Source: Aquirufa sp. (GTDB lineage: Bacteria; Bacteroidota; Bacteroidia; Cytophagales; Spirosomataceae). From it: 64,000 bases of DNA. Shown here piece after piece: positions 22,656 to 31,432 of this stretch. Made by a program: the position numbers and the translations under genes. The notes below the pieces were generated by a model. It saw only the letters and a list, made by a program, of their open reading frames with translations, was not told where the DNA came from and did no database searches. Every line of letters starts with the position of its first letter. The stretch's first letter is position 1. Where the stretch lies: positions 49,398 to 113,397 of the forward strand of contig JBBAKU010000005.1 in NCBI GenBank assembly GCA_040403415.1, written 5' to 3'.

Positions 22656-23327
22656 TTAACTGAGGGACTTGAACAATACATCCTTCAGGTAACGCTCGAC
22701 GAAAACCGATGGGTTCTCTTTTCCTGCATCCGTTAACTTAGGCAAATGCTTACTGAAAAATAACTGCGAATGCGCCGTTTCAATCAAGGTACTGCTGAGT
22801 GAATGCGGGAATTCATAAGCCGGATTGTGCATTTTTATCAATTCAGAAATGCGGGCACAGAGGTCTTTATAAGGCTTGAAAACAGCATCTTCATTAATTT
22901 CTTTAACCTCTTTCACGAGATATACTTTGCTACTTTCGGTGATCACGATTTGGTGTAGATACTGCTTATTGTAATCCGACTGACCTTCACTCTCCGCTAA
23001 AGGATGCGTCAATAATTCAACCAGTCGCTCTAATTTTGCTTTCGAATTGGCCAAAGGTTGCAATTGAAACACCACTAAGTACTCCATATACGACCAATAC
23101 CAATTCAGGATATACAATAACATCCGGTGTTTATTCTCAAAATAACGGTAGATCGACGCCTCCGTCGTATTCATTTCTTTCGCTAACTTCTTAAACGTAA
23201 AATGCTCAAAACCAAGCGTATGAATTAGGTCAATCGCATTTTTCACCATCAGCTTTCCTAATTCCGTACTTTCCGGATCCCGTACATAGATTTTTTCGTT
23301 GACTTTAAAACTGAGTGAATAATCCAT
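22656..23327 (-). CDS. TetR/AcrR family regulator
   Basis: GFEHFTFKKLAKEMNTTEASIYRYFENK HTH; start at MDYS supported by the -7 element at 23349-23356. Confidence 0.92.
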   Translation of the reverse strand: MDYSLSFKVNEKIYVRDPESTELGKLMVKNAIDLIHTLGFEHFTFKKLAKEMNTTEASIYRYFENKHRMLLYILNWYWSYMEYLVVFQLQPLANSKAKLERLVELLTHPLAESEGQSDYNKQYLHQIVITESSKVYLVKEVKEINEDAVFKPYKDLCARISELIKMHNPAYEFPHSLSSTLIETAHSQLFFSKHLPKLTDAGKENPSVFVERYLKDVLFKSLS

Positions 23328-23348
23328 CGTATTACATTTTTGAACACC

Positions 23349-23356
23349 CAAAGTTA
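23349..23356 (-). promoter_or_regulatory. -7 element TAACTTTG for tetR
   Basis: TAnnTTTG on the minus strand 21 nt upstream of the ATG. Confidence 0.6.
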
Positions 23357-23397
23357 GCAATAGAAAAACTACCGTAAAAGATATTTTAACAATTATT

Positions 23398-23418
23398 AAT
23401 AATAGTATTACTATTATT
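23398..23418. promoter_or_regulatory. Putative TetR operator palindrome
   Basis: AATAATAGTA-T-TACTATTATT, perfect 10-bp arms between divergent promoters. Confidence 0.65.
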
Positions 23419-23432
23419 TAAAAAAGTATGTA

Positions 23433-23440
23433 TAGTTTTG
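23433..23440 (+). promoter_or_regulatory. -7 element TAGTTTTG for the exporter operon
   Basis: TAnnTTTG 19 nt upstream of ATG 23460. Confidence 0.6.
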
Positions 23441-23459
23441 CATCAGAAACCGAATTGTT

Positions 23460-25091
23460 ATGCAACAGATTAGTCCATGGAAACGAGTGCAAGCCCTGAT
23501 TCAGGATCACAAGAAGGAGGTCACGTCGATCTACTTGTTTTCGATTTTGGGTGGTATTGTAAATCTTAGTTTACCCCTAGGTGTCCAAACCATCATCGGA
23601 TTAGTGATGGGCGCTACGATGGTGACCTCGATTTATGTACTAATTTTTTTAGTCGTGCTAGGCGTTTTTCTGATGGGTTTATTTCAAATCAATCAGATGA
23701 AAATCATCGAGTCTATTCAGCAGAAAATCTTTGCACAGTATGCCTATACTTTTGCAGATAAGATTCCTCGTTTGGATTTAAAACAGATGGATAAATACTT
23801 CATCCCGGAGAAGGTCAATCGCTTTTTTGATACCTTGAATATTCAAAAAGGCTTCGCAAAATTGCTATTGGATATTCCGGTAGCGACAGTGCAGATTGTT
23901 TTTGGCATTATCTTATTATCGCTGTATCATCCTCTTTTCATCATTTTGGGGCTGATATTACTCCTTTTATTAGGCCTGATTTTATATTACACGTCCCAAA
24001 AAGGGATCGAAACCAGTATTGAAGAATCGAACTTCAAGTATGCGGTGGCGGCCTTTTTTGGGGAGATGGCTCGCACCATCAAGACCTTTAAATTTAGCCA
24101 AGGTTCTGACCTGAATTTGCGCAGAACGGATCAAAATGTAAGCGGATATTTAGGGGCCAGAACGAAGCATTTTCACGTACTCTTATTTCAATATAAATCA
24201 CTTCTCTTTTTCAAGGTTGCCCTAACTACGCTGATGCTAACCTTAGGTTCTTATTTGTTAATCAATCAGCAGTTAAATGTGGGGGAATTTGTCGCGGCAG
24301 AAATCGTCATCATGTTAGTGATAGGGGCGGTCGAAAAACTTATCATTAGCTTAGACAGCGCCTACGATGTAATTACGGGTTTGGAAAAATTAGGCAGCGT
24401 AACAGATAGTCCGCTGGAAAAAAGTGGAGAATTGGAATTGACCACACAGGAGGGAGTAGAAATTGAGATGAAGCATTTTAGCTTTGAATTTGAGGTGGGG
24501 AAACCGGTGTTAGATTCCATTGATCTGCACATAAAATCAGGAGAAAAAATCCAAATTGTGGGATCCGAGGGTTCCGGAAAGTCGCTGTTTATGCGCATTT
24601 TGACAGGAAATTATATTGACTTCAGAGGCACGCTTTTAATGAATAAAGTTCCCATCAAAAATTATAGTTTAGCAAACCTGCGCAAGCACACTGGGATTTT
24701 ATTGCAGGATCAGGAGATTTTTGGAGGAACTGTTTATGAAAACATCAGCTTGGGAAAAGCGGAGATTACGCCTTCCCTCATTTTGGAAACAGCTAAAGAA
24801 CTCGGTATTTCTGATTTTCTGAATCATTTTCCGCTGGGCTTTGATTCGTACATCGAACCGATAGGCAAAAAAACACCGCAAACGATCGTAAAAAAAATCT
24901 TGTTACTTCGCGCGCTTAGTGGAGATAAACGCCTGCTTCTATTAGAAAATCCGTGGAATGGTTTAGAGGCTGAATTAGCGGAAAAACTACGCATGTACTT
25001 AGTACACAAGTCGAACACGACGGTGATCATTTCAACCAATGATCCTACTGGTTTTGAACATAAATTAGTGATCAACAATGGAAAAGTTTAA
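23460..25091 (+). CDS. Type I secretion-like ABC transporter (TMD+NBD) with degenerate ATPase motifs
   Basis: ABC membrane domain; Walker A GSEGSGKS; signature TPQTI; Walker B LLLLEN. Confidence 0.85.
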   Translation: MQQISPWKRVQALIQDHKKEVTSIYLFSILGGIVNLSLPLGVQTIIGLVMGATMVTSIYVLIFLVVLGVFLMGLFQINQMKIIESIQQKIFAQYAYTFADKIPRLDLKQMDKYFIPEKVNRFFDTLNIQKGFAKLLLDIPVATVQIVFGIILLSLYHPLFIILGLILLLLLGLILYYTSQKGIETSIEESNFKYAVAAFFGEMARTIKTFKFSQGSDLNLRRTDQNVSGYLGARTKHFHVLLFQYKSLLFFKVALTTLMLTLGSYLLINQQLNVGEFVAAEIVIMLVIGAVEKLIISLDSAYDVITGLEKLGSVTDSPLEKSGELELTTQEGVEIEMKHFSFEFEVGKPVLDSIDLHIKSGEKIQIVGSEGSGKSLFMRILTGNYIDFRGTLLMNKVPIKNYSLANLRKHTGILLQDQEIFGGTVYENISLGKAEITPSLILETAKELGISDFLNHFPLGFDSYIEPIGKKTPQTIVKKILLLRALSGDKRLLLLENPWNGLEAELAEKLRMYLVHKSNTTVIISTNDPTGFEHKLVINNGKV

Positions 25092-26376
25092 GTCATTTCA
25101 TCAGATTTATCTTCGTGATAAAGGACCCGCAACCAAGCCTTGGCTAATCGGGTTGGGCTTCATTTTACTGGGAATACTTTTCCTGCCTTGGACACAAAAT
25201 ATTCGTTCAAAAGGGCAAATCACTAGTCTTTACCAAGAACAAAAACCCCAAAAAATTTATAGCCCCATTGCGGGTAAAATCAGCCGTTGGTGGGTGAAAG
25301 AAGGGGACTTTGTAGAACAAGGAGATACGCTCGCGAAAATCTCCGAGATTAAAGCCGAATATTTAGATCCGAAATTAATCTCTAGAACCCAAGAGCAATT
25401 AGATGCTAAAAAAGGATCCGTAGCTTACTACGAGCAAAAAGTTCAATCGACAGAGGATCAAATTGCCAATTTACGTTCTTCTAAAACTTTAAAGCAGGAT
25501 CAATTAACGAACAAAATCACAGCCTTACAACAAAAATTGACAGGGGAAAAAGCAGAATTTGAGGCGGCGGCAAATGAATATAATTTAGTGAAAGACCAAT
25601 TCGAACGGAACCAAAAAATGTTCAAAGAGGGCTTGATTTCACAGACACAATTCCAGCAACGCAATGCATCTATGCAGAATGCATTAGCAAAAAAAACAAC
25701 TGCTGAAAATAAGGTCAATCAAACCCTGCAAGAGATTCAAAATACGAAAATTGAGTTGCGTGGAGTGGATCAGGAATACAGCGAAAAAATGAACAAAGCG
25801 GAGGGAGAAAAATTCCAAAGTTTAGGGATGATTGAGACGGGAAAAGGCGAAGTAGCAAAACTGGAAAACCAGGTAACTAGTTACACGATTCGAGATGGGA
25901 TGTACTACATTTTAGCCCCGCAAAGTGGACAGGTCATCAATGCAAAAAAGGCCGGTATTGGAGAGATTCTGAAAGATGGGGAAGAGCTGTTAACCATCGT
26001 CCCATCGAACACAAATTACGCAGTGGAAATGTATGTACGACCGGTGGATTTGCCCTTGGTGTCTCCTGGGCAGGATGTCCGCTTTATTTTTGACGGTTTC
26101 CCAGCCATCATCTTTGCGGGAGGTTGGCCAGATCAAAGCTTCGGAACTTTTGCGGGAAAGGTGCGCGCCGTGGAAAATAACATCGACGAAAAAGGGATGT
26201 TCCGTGTGATTGTGGTGGAAAATCCGAAAGAGAAAAAGTGGCCAAAGCAAATCAAAATGGGTGCAGGTGCGCAAGGAATTGCCTTGTTAAATGATGTGCC
26301 ACTTTGGTACGAACTATGGCGAAATATCAATGGCTTCCCAGCCGATTTTTATACGGTAAAAAAGGATGAAAAATAG
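25078..26376 (+). CDS. HlyD family membrane fusion protein
   Basis: N-terminal TM, lipoyl-like SPIAGKI..VKEGDFVEQGD, long coiled coil, APQSG. Confidence 0.9.
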   Translation: MEKFKSFHQIYLRDKGPATKPWLIGLGFILLGILFLPWTQNIRSKGQITSLYQEQKPQKIYSPIAGKISRWWVKEGDFVEQGDTLAKISEIKAEYLDPKLISRTQEQLDAKKGSVAYYEQKVQSTEDQIANLRSSKTLKQDQLTNKITALQQKLTGEKAEFEAAANEYNLVKDQFERNQKMFKEGLISQTQFQQRNASMQNALAKKTTAENKVNQTLQEIQNTKIELRGVDQEYSEKMNKAEGEKFQSLGMIETGKGEVAKLENQVTSYTIRDGMYYILAPQSGQVINAKKAGIGEILKDGEELLTIVPSNTNYAVEMYVRPVDLPLVSPGQDVRFIFDGFPAIIFAGGWPDQSFGTFAGKVRAVENNIDEKGMFRVIVVENPKEKKWPKQIKMGAGAQGIALLNDVPLWYELWRNINGFPADFYTVKKDEK

Positions 26377-27754
26377 TCTACTAGTCTTCTTATTTCTCAG
26401 CTTTGCAAGCATTGCCCAAACGCCCGTTTTATACCCCGAGGCGTTTCTAAAAATCGTGCAAACCTACCACCCTATCGCGAAGCAGGCCAGCATCGGTGTG
26501 CAAAAATCAGAGGCACAAATCCTGCAGGCTAGGGGGGGATTTGATCCTATTTTGAGTCACTATAGTGCCCAAAAAACGTTTGACGGGAAAAACTATTATA
26601 CCTCCCACGCACCAGAGCTTTCCATTCCTACCTGGTATGGAATTGAACTTCGTTCTGGAGTTGAAAATTTACAAGGAACACGCCTTAATTCGAGTGAAAC
26701 AATAGGCGAAACCAGCTACATTGGAATCAGCGTACCGCTGGCAAAAAACCTCTTAATGGATCAGCGCAGAGCCAGTTTACAACAAGCAAAGCTACTGAAT
26801 CAGATGGCACTGCAGCAACAAAGAAGTGTCTTAAACGACTTGTTTGCAGATGCGATGGCATCTTATTGGAATTGGGTGAAAAATGTGCGCGTTTTGAAAA
26901 TTGTCGACCAAAATCGGAAGATCGCTGAAGCCCGCGTTTCGTTTGTTAAACGCAGTGTAGAATTAGGCGAAAGACCCGCAGTAGACACGCTCGAGGCGAC
27001 TACGCAACTACAGTATTTTGACAACCTATTCCAAGCAAAATGGGTAGAAAGAGAAAATGCGCGATTGTCCTTGTCTGTATACTTATGGCAAGAGAACAAC
27101 ACGCCACAGGAATTACCAGCAGAGGTACAACCTGCGGAGGTTCCGAATGAATTCGCGTGGATCGCGGACTTTGATGTAAACCTTAGCTCCCTTCTAGAGA
27201 AAGCCTACGCAAACCATCCCGATTTAAGTGCGTATCAATACAAAATCGAAGGCCTACAAGTGGAGAAAAAATTGAAGTTCCAAAGCCTGCTACCCAAACT
27301 AGATGTTAGTTATAATGCCTTGTCCAAAGGCCTCACGCCTAGCCTCGAAGCGCGTCCCTTGTTCGAAAATAATTACCAGTATGGAGTTAAATTTGAAATG
27401 CCTCTTCGCCTATCAAAAGGCCGGGCAGATTATGCTTTGGCCAAACTAAAAATCCAAGAAGAGTCGCTTAATCTGGCACAGAAAAAGCAGCAAATCCAAG
27501 TGAAAGTTAGCTCGTATTACAACCAAGTTGAAGCCTTAAAAAAGCAGATCCAGACGCAGGAAAAGGCCCTAAAAAACTACCAAGCACTCGTGAAAGCAGA
27601 AGAAACGCGTTTTTCCAATGGAGAATCTTCTCTCTTCTTAATCAACAGCCGCGAAACGAAAGCGATGGAAGCGGCAGAGAAATTAACCGAGTTAAAAGCC
27701 TACTTGTTTAAAACAATCTATGCGTTGCAAGCAAGTGCGGGGGTATTAATTTAG
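26366..27754 (+). CDS. TolC family outer-membrane protein
   Basis: Signal peptide, HPIAKQ, LLPKLDVSY, GESSLFLINSRE. Confidence 0.88.
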   Translation: MKNSLLVFLFLSFASIAQTPVLYPEAFLKIVQTYHPIAKQASIGVQKSEAQILQARGGFDPILSHYSAQKTFDGKNYYTSHAPELSIPTWYGIELRSGVENLQGTRLNSSETIGETSYIGISVPLAKNLLMDQRRASLQQAKLLNQMALQQQRSVLNDLFADAMASYWNWVKNVRVLKIVDQNRKIAEARVSFVKRSVELGERPAVDTLEATTQLQYFDNLFQAKWVERENARLSLSVYLWQENNTPQELPAEVQPAEVPNEFAWIADFDVNLSSLLEKAYANHPDLSAYQYKIEGLQVEKKLKFQSLLPKLDVSYNALSKGLTPSLEARPLFENNYQYGVKFEMPLRLSKGRADYALAKLKIQEESLNLAQKKQQIQVKVSSYYNQVEALKKQIQTQEKALKNYQALVKAEETRFSNGESSLFLINSRETKAMEAAEKLTELKAYLFKTIYALQASAGVLI

Positions 27755-27766
27755 GATTATTGGGCG

Positions 27767-27774
27767 TACCTTTG
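27767..27774 (+). promoter_or_regulatory. -7 element TACCTTTG
   Basis: TAnnTTTG upstream of the MFS gene at 27801. Confidence 0.6.
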
Positions 27775-27800
27775 CGTCTTCTAAAAATACTCCCTATCTA

Positions 27801-28988
27801 ATGCCCCATTCTGCGAACCGCACGAAAATCATCTTAATACTCGGAATCTTGTCGGCGATTGGACCTTTGTCCATCGACATGTATTTGCCGGCTTTCAAAA
27901 ATATCGCTTTAGCGCTGAACTGTTCGCAAGAAGAGATGGGCTGTACGCTGTCTAGTTTCTTCTTCGGGATTTGTGTGGGACAATTAATTAGCGGTCCGCT
28001 ATTAGATCATTTCGGTCGCAAAAACGTGCTGTACATTGGTTTATCCATTTATGTATTGAGCTCGATTGCCTGCGCTTTTTCCACTTCGATGGAAATGTTA
28101 GTGGTTTTCCGATTGTTCCAAGCCCTCGGTGGTAGCGTAGGTATGGTGGCGCCTAACGCCGTCATTCGCGAGACTTTTGAGGAATCAGAACGACCTAAAA
28201 TTATGTCGTTGATGATCTTGATTTTAGGGGTTTCTCCTATTTTAGCACCCTCGTTAGGTAGCTTATTATTAGTGACTGCGAGCTGGAAAGCCATCTTTTT
28301 AGTACTAGCTGGCATTCTATTAGTCATCATCTTCTTAATCAAATCTTGGTTACCAGAAAAGACGAATCGCGAGCACGGCGGACCGTTCCGAATTACGACC
28401 ATCTTAAAGGCTTATAAGGCACTATTTAAAGAAAAAGAATATCTAGTTTTCGCCTTCACGGGTGCAATCGGCGCCGGAAGTATTTTCACCTTTGTGGGGG
28501 GAGCGCCGTTAACTTTCTTGACTTATTATGGCGTAGATGAATCGCGTTTCGGATTCATTTTCGCGATTGTGGCCTCCGGAATTATCTCCGCGAGTCAGTT
28601 AAATCGGGTGGTATTAAAAAAGTATTCGAGCTTGCAGATTTTGAAGGTGACCTTACCTACACAATTAATTTTAGGCATTTTATTATCGGTACTAGCGAAG
28701 TTAGATCTGCTAACGATGGAATTGAATATCGGACTTTTGTTCCTGATTATGGGTTGCCAAGGTTTCAATTTTCCTAATGTGGCGACACTTGCCTTGCGTC
28801 CCTTTCATCGCGGCGCCGGTACGGCTTCCGCGATGTTAGGATCGATTCAAATGGCTTGGGGAGCAGTTTGCTCCGTATTAGTAGGATTGTTATTCGATGG
28901 AACGCCTTTCACCATGGCCATCCTCATGGTGGGATGTGCGGCGCTAGCAAGCACAATTTTGTTCGGAATAGGACGCCGATTTATTTAG
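27801..28988 (+). CDS. Bcr/CflA family multidrug MFS transporter
   Basis: PLSIDMYLPAF, GPLLDHFGRK, RLFQALGG, SPILAP, AGTASAMLG. Confidence 0.92.
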   Translation: MPHSANRTKIILILGILSAIGPLSIDMYLPAFKNIALALNCSQEEMGCTLSSFFFGICVGQLISGPLLDHFGRKNVLYIGLSIYVLSSIACAFSTSMEMLVVFRLFQALGGSVGMVAPNAVIRETFEESERPKIMSLMILILGVSPILAPSLGSLLLVTASWKAIFLVLAGILLVIIFLIKSWLPEKTNREHGGPFRITTILKAYKALFKEKEYLVFAFTGAIGAGSIFTFVGGAPLTFLTYYGVDESRFGFIFAIVASGIISASQLNRVVLKKYSSLQILKVTLPTQLILGILLSVLAKLDLLTMELNIGLLFLIMGCQGFNFPNVATLALRPFHRGAGTASAMLGSIQMAWGAVCSVLVGLLFDGTPFTMAILMVGCAALASTILFGIGRRFI

Positions 28989-31360
28989 TCGTTCGAGAAT
29001 AAATTATCCAATAATGATTCCTTGAATACGTTCGCAAACGAATAAGCAAAGGTCACAAAAATCGCGCGCGTATCCACCTTGAACGTCCGTTCTAAACTGA
29101 AGTTTGAGGCCGATGCGGTATTCCCGCTGCTTTGCATATTAAAGATATCACTCAGCACGATTCCCAAGCCGCCCTTGCCTTTGAGGATCTTGGTTTGGAA
29201 ACCTAAATCCACATTGTATACAGCCATTCTCGTTCCTTGTGGCATCGCCGTAGGCGAATTATAGGCACCGATAATTTGCAGTTTCGTTTGCTTCGAAAGC
29301 GTGAAATTGTGGATCATTTTTCCATACCAACTCACCACCTCATTTGCCATATCTGAGCTCACGTAGCTGCCGTCAATCTTTTGGTCAAAAATAGACACAC
29401 TCGTATTCACGCTCCAAAACCTCGCCGGAGACAAGTCCACGATTTCCTCTAAACCGTAAGTCGTCGCATTCCCAAAGTTCTGCGGTGTCGTCAGCGCCAC
29501 CCCGTTCGGTTTCAAATCAATAAATGGACGGATAATATTATTCGACAAACGGTAAAAAGCACTGCTCGACAGACTCCAACCCTCGCCTTCTTTGTTGTAT
29601 CCTACCTCGAACGCGTTCACTAATTCGGGTTTCAAATACGGATTTCCCCCGTGCTGATTTAATGAATCGGTGATGTCAATCATCGGGTTTAATTGCCCTA
29701 AACCGGGGCGATTAATGCGGCGACTGTAACTGAATTTCAGGAAGTCGGATTTGTTCAAAAAGTAGGCCAAATTCGCCGTCGGAAACAGATTAAAATAATC
29801 CCGCTTAAACGATATAGACGAATTAGAAATCGACGTTCCTTCATTCATCACTTTCTCCGCGCGCAAACCGATATCGTATTTAAATGAAGCAGACGGCTCC
29901 GATTTGATCTGCACATAGGCCGCATGAATTTGTTCTTTGAAGTCAAAAATGTTACTCAAAGCAGCGTTTTTTACATACCCAGCACCGGTGTACGTTTGGT
30001 TTTGAAAGTCAATATTATTTGCTCTGTAAATTCCTTTATACCCTGTTTCAAGAGTGATAGTAGAAGAAATTGGTTTTGCGTAGTCTACTTTAAAGTTTGT
30101 CGTTTGTGGCTTCGCGTAACTGTACGTGCGCTGTAAAAACGTGGAGCCGTAGCTAGTTCCACTTTCTGTCAATGACTTAGTATTGATATCCGTGTCTTGG
30201 TTATCGCGACCGATGGAGGTACTCGCATTGAAGATTAATTTCTCCTTTTTATCGGCAAACAAATGCTTGTAAGTCCCCGCAAACTCGACGGCTAATCCTT
30301 TCTCTAATTCAATGGATTCCCGAATATTGCGCGAATTAAATGCGCCTAATTGGGTGGAGAATTTAGAGCCCAAAACTTCATCGTTATCCTGGCCTTCGAA
30401 ATTCGATAATACCTCGAAATTGAATAGGTCCTGCGCCGAAGCCGCATAGTCTACATTGAACTTTACATTCTGCGTGCTTTCGCTCCGATTGTCTAAGCGG
30501 TTTTGAAGTAATAAATAATTCAGGGGCTGATCAAAACTCGTCCGCGTCGTATTCGCCTTTCTTGTTCTTTCTGAATAACGCATGTCGTAGGAAAGCCCCA
30601 CATTCCACTTGCCGGCTGAACGATTAAGGCTAAATGCCGCACTTCCCCGGCCTTTTGCCCCAAAACCGCCACCCACCGAAGCCGACACATTCGTACCACT
30701 TTTCGCTGCCTTTTTCAAGGTAATATTAATGATCCCACCTTCTGAATCTGCGTCATATTGCGCAGAGGGATTGTTAATAATCTCCACACTTTCCACACTA
30801 CTGGCCGGAATTAAATCAGTCGATGAAATCCCAGAGGTACGCCCATTAATCAAAATAAGCGGCCCCTTTCCGCGCACCGTAATCGCGCCATCTGGATCCA
30901 CTACTACGGTCGGAATACTCTTCAATAAATCCGTCGCTGAACCACCGGCTTGAGTTAGATTATCTTTCGCTTTGACAATGAAACCTTGGGTTGTTTTTTG
31001 GACTAATTCCCGCTGCGAAACCACTTCTACGGAAGCGAGCATTTTGCTATCTGTCTGTAGCGAAATATCGTTGAGATGCAATTGCTGAGATTCCGCCAGT
31101 GTAACCGAGACTTTAGATGACACAAAACCCATCATCTGCGTTTTCAAGACATATTTCCCCGCTGCTAAACCAGATAATTTAAATACTCCAGCACTATCGG
31201 TGGTCGCGTATTTCAGAATTTTCACTGAATCCGATGCGTTGTACAAGAGCACATTCACAAATTCAACCGGTGCCTTTTTATCGACGATGCGTGATTGAAT
31301 GGAGCTTTGGGAGAAAGCGTGAAATCCGACAAGCAATAAAAAAAATAGTGATTTCTTCAT
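28985..31360 (-). CDS. TonB-dependent receptor / outer-membrane beta-barrel
   Basis: Signal peptide, carboxypeptidase-regulatory-like domain, plug VEIINNPSAQYDA..GGIINI, RRINRP, GNPYLKPE. Confidence 0.9.
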   Translation of the reverse strand: MKKSLFFLLLVGFHAFSQSSIQSRIVDKKAPVEFVNVLLYNASDSVKILKYATTDSAGVFKLSGLAAGKYVLKTQMMGFVSSKVSVTLAESQQLHLNDISLQTDSKMLASVEVVSQRELVQKTTQGFIVKAKDNLTQAGGSATDLLKSIPTVVVDPDGAITVRGKGPLILINGRTSGISSTDLIPASSVESVEIINNPSAQYDADSEGGIINITLKKAAKSGTNVSASVGGGFGAKGRGSAAFSLNRSAGKWNVGLSYDMRYSERTRKANTTRTSFDQPLNYLLLQNRLDNRSESTQNVKFNVDYAASAQDLFNFEVLSNFEGQDNDEVLGSKFSTQLGAFNSRNIRESIELEKGLAVEFAGTYKHLFADKKEKLIFNASTSIGRDNQDTDINTKSLTESGTSYGSTFLQRTYSYAKPQTTNFKVDYAKPISSTITLETGYKGIYRANNIDFQNQTYTGAGYVKNAALSNIFDFKEQIHAAYVQIKSEPSASFKYDIGLRAEKVMNEGTSISNSSISFKRDYFNLFPTANLAYFLNKSDFLKFSYSRRINRPGLGQLNPMIDITDSLNQHGGNPYLKPELVNAFEVGYNKEGEGWSLSSSAFYRLSNNIIRPFIDLKPNGVALTTPQNFGNATTYGLEEIVDLSPARFWSVNTSVSIFDQKIDGSYVSSDMANEVVSWYGKMIHNFTLSKQTKLQIIGAYNSPTAMPQGTRMAVYNVDLGFQTKILKGKGGLGIVLSDIFNMQSSGNTASASNFSLERTFKVDTRAIFVTFAYSFANVFKESLLDNLFSND

Positions 31361-31376
31361 GAGGTTAAAATTCAAC

Positions 31377-31416
31377 AAAAAACGCCATTGATCTAGTTCA
31401 AATGAGACCAATGGCG
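31377..31416 (-). terminator. Intrinsic terminator after czcA
   Basis: Minus strand CGCCATTGGTCT...AGATCAATGGCG followed by TTTTTT. Confidence 0.6.
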
Positions 31417-31432
31417 AATTTAGAACGACTAA

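Noticed and set aside
23460-27754. Bacteriocin/RiPP export cluster
   Set aside because: No C39 peptidase domain, precursor peptide or modifying enzyme seen
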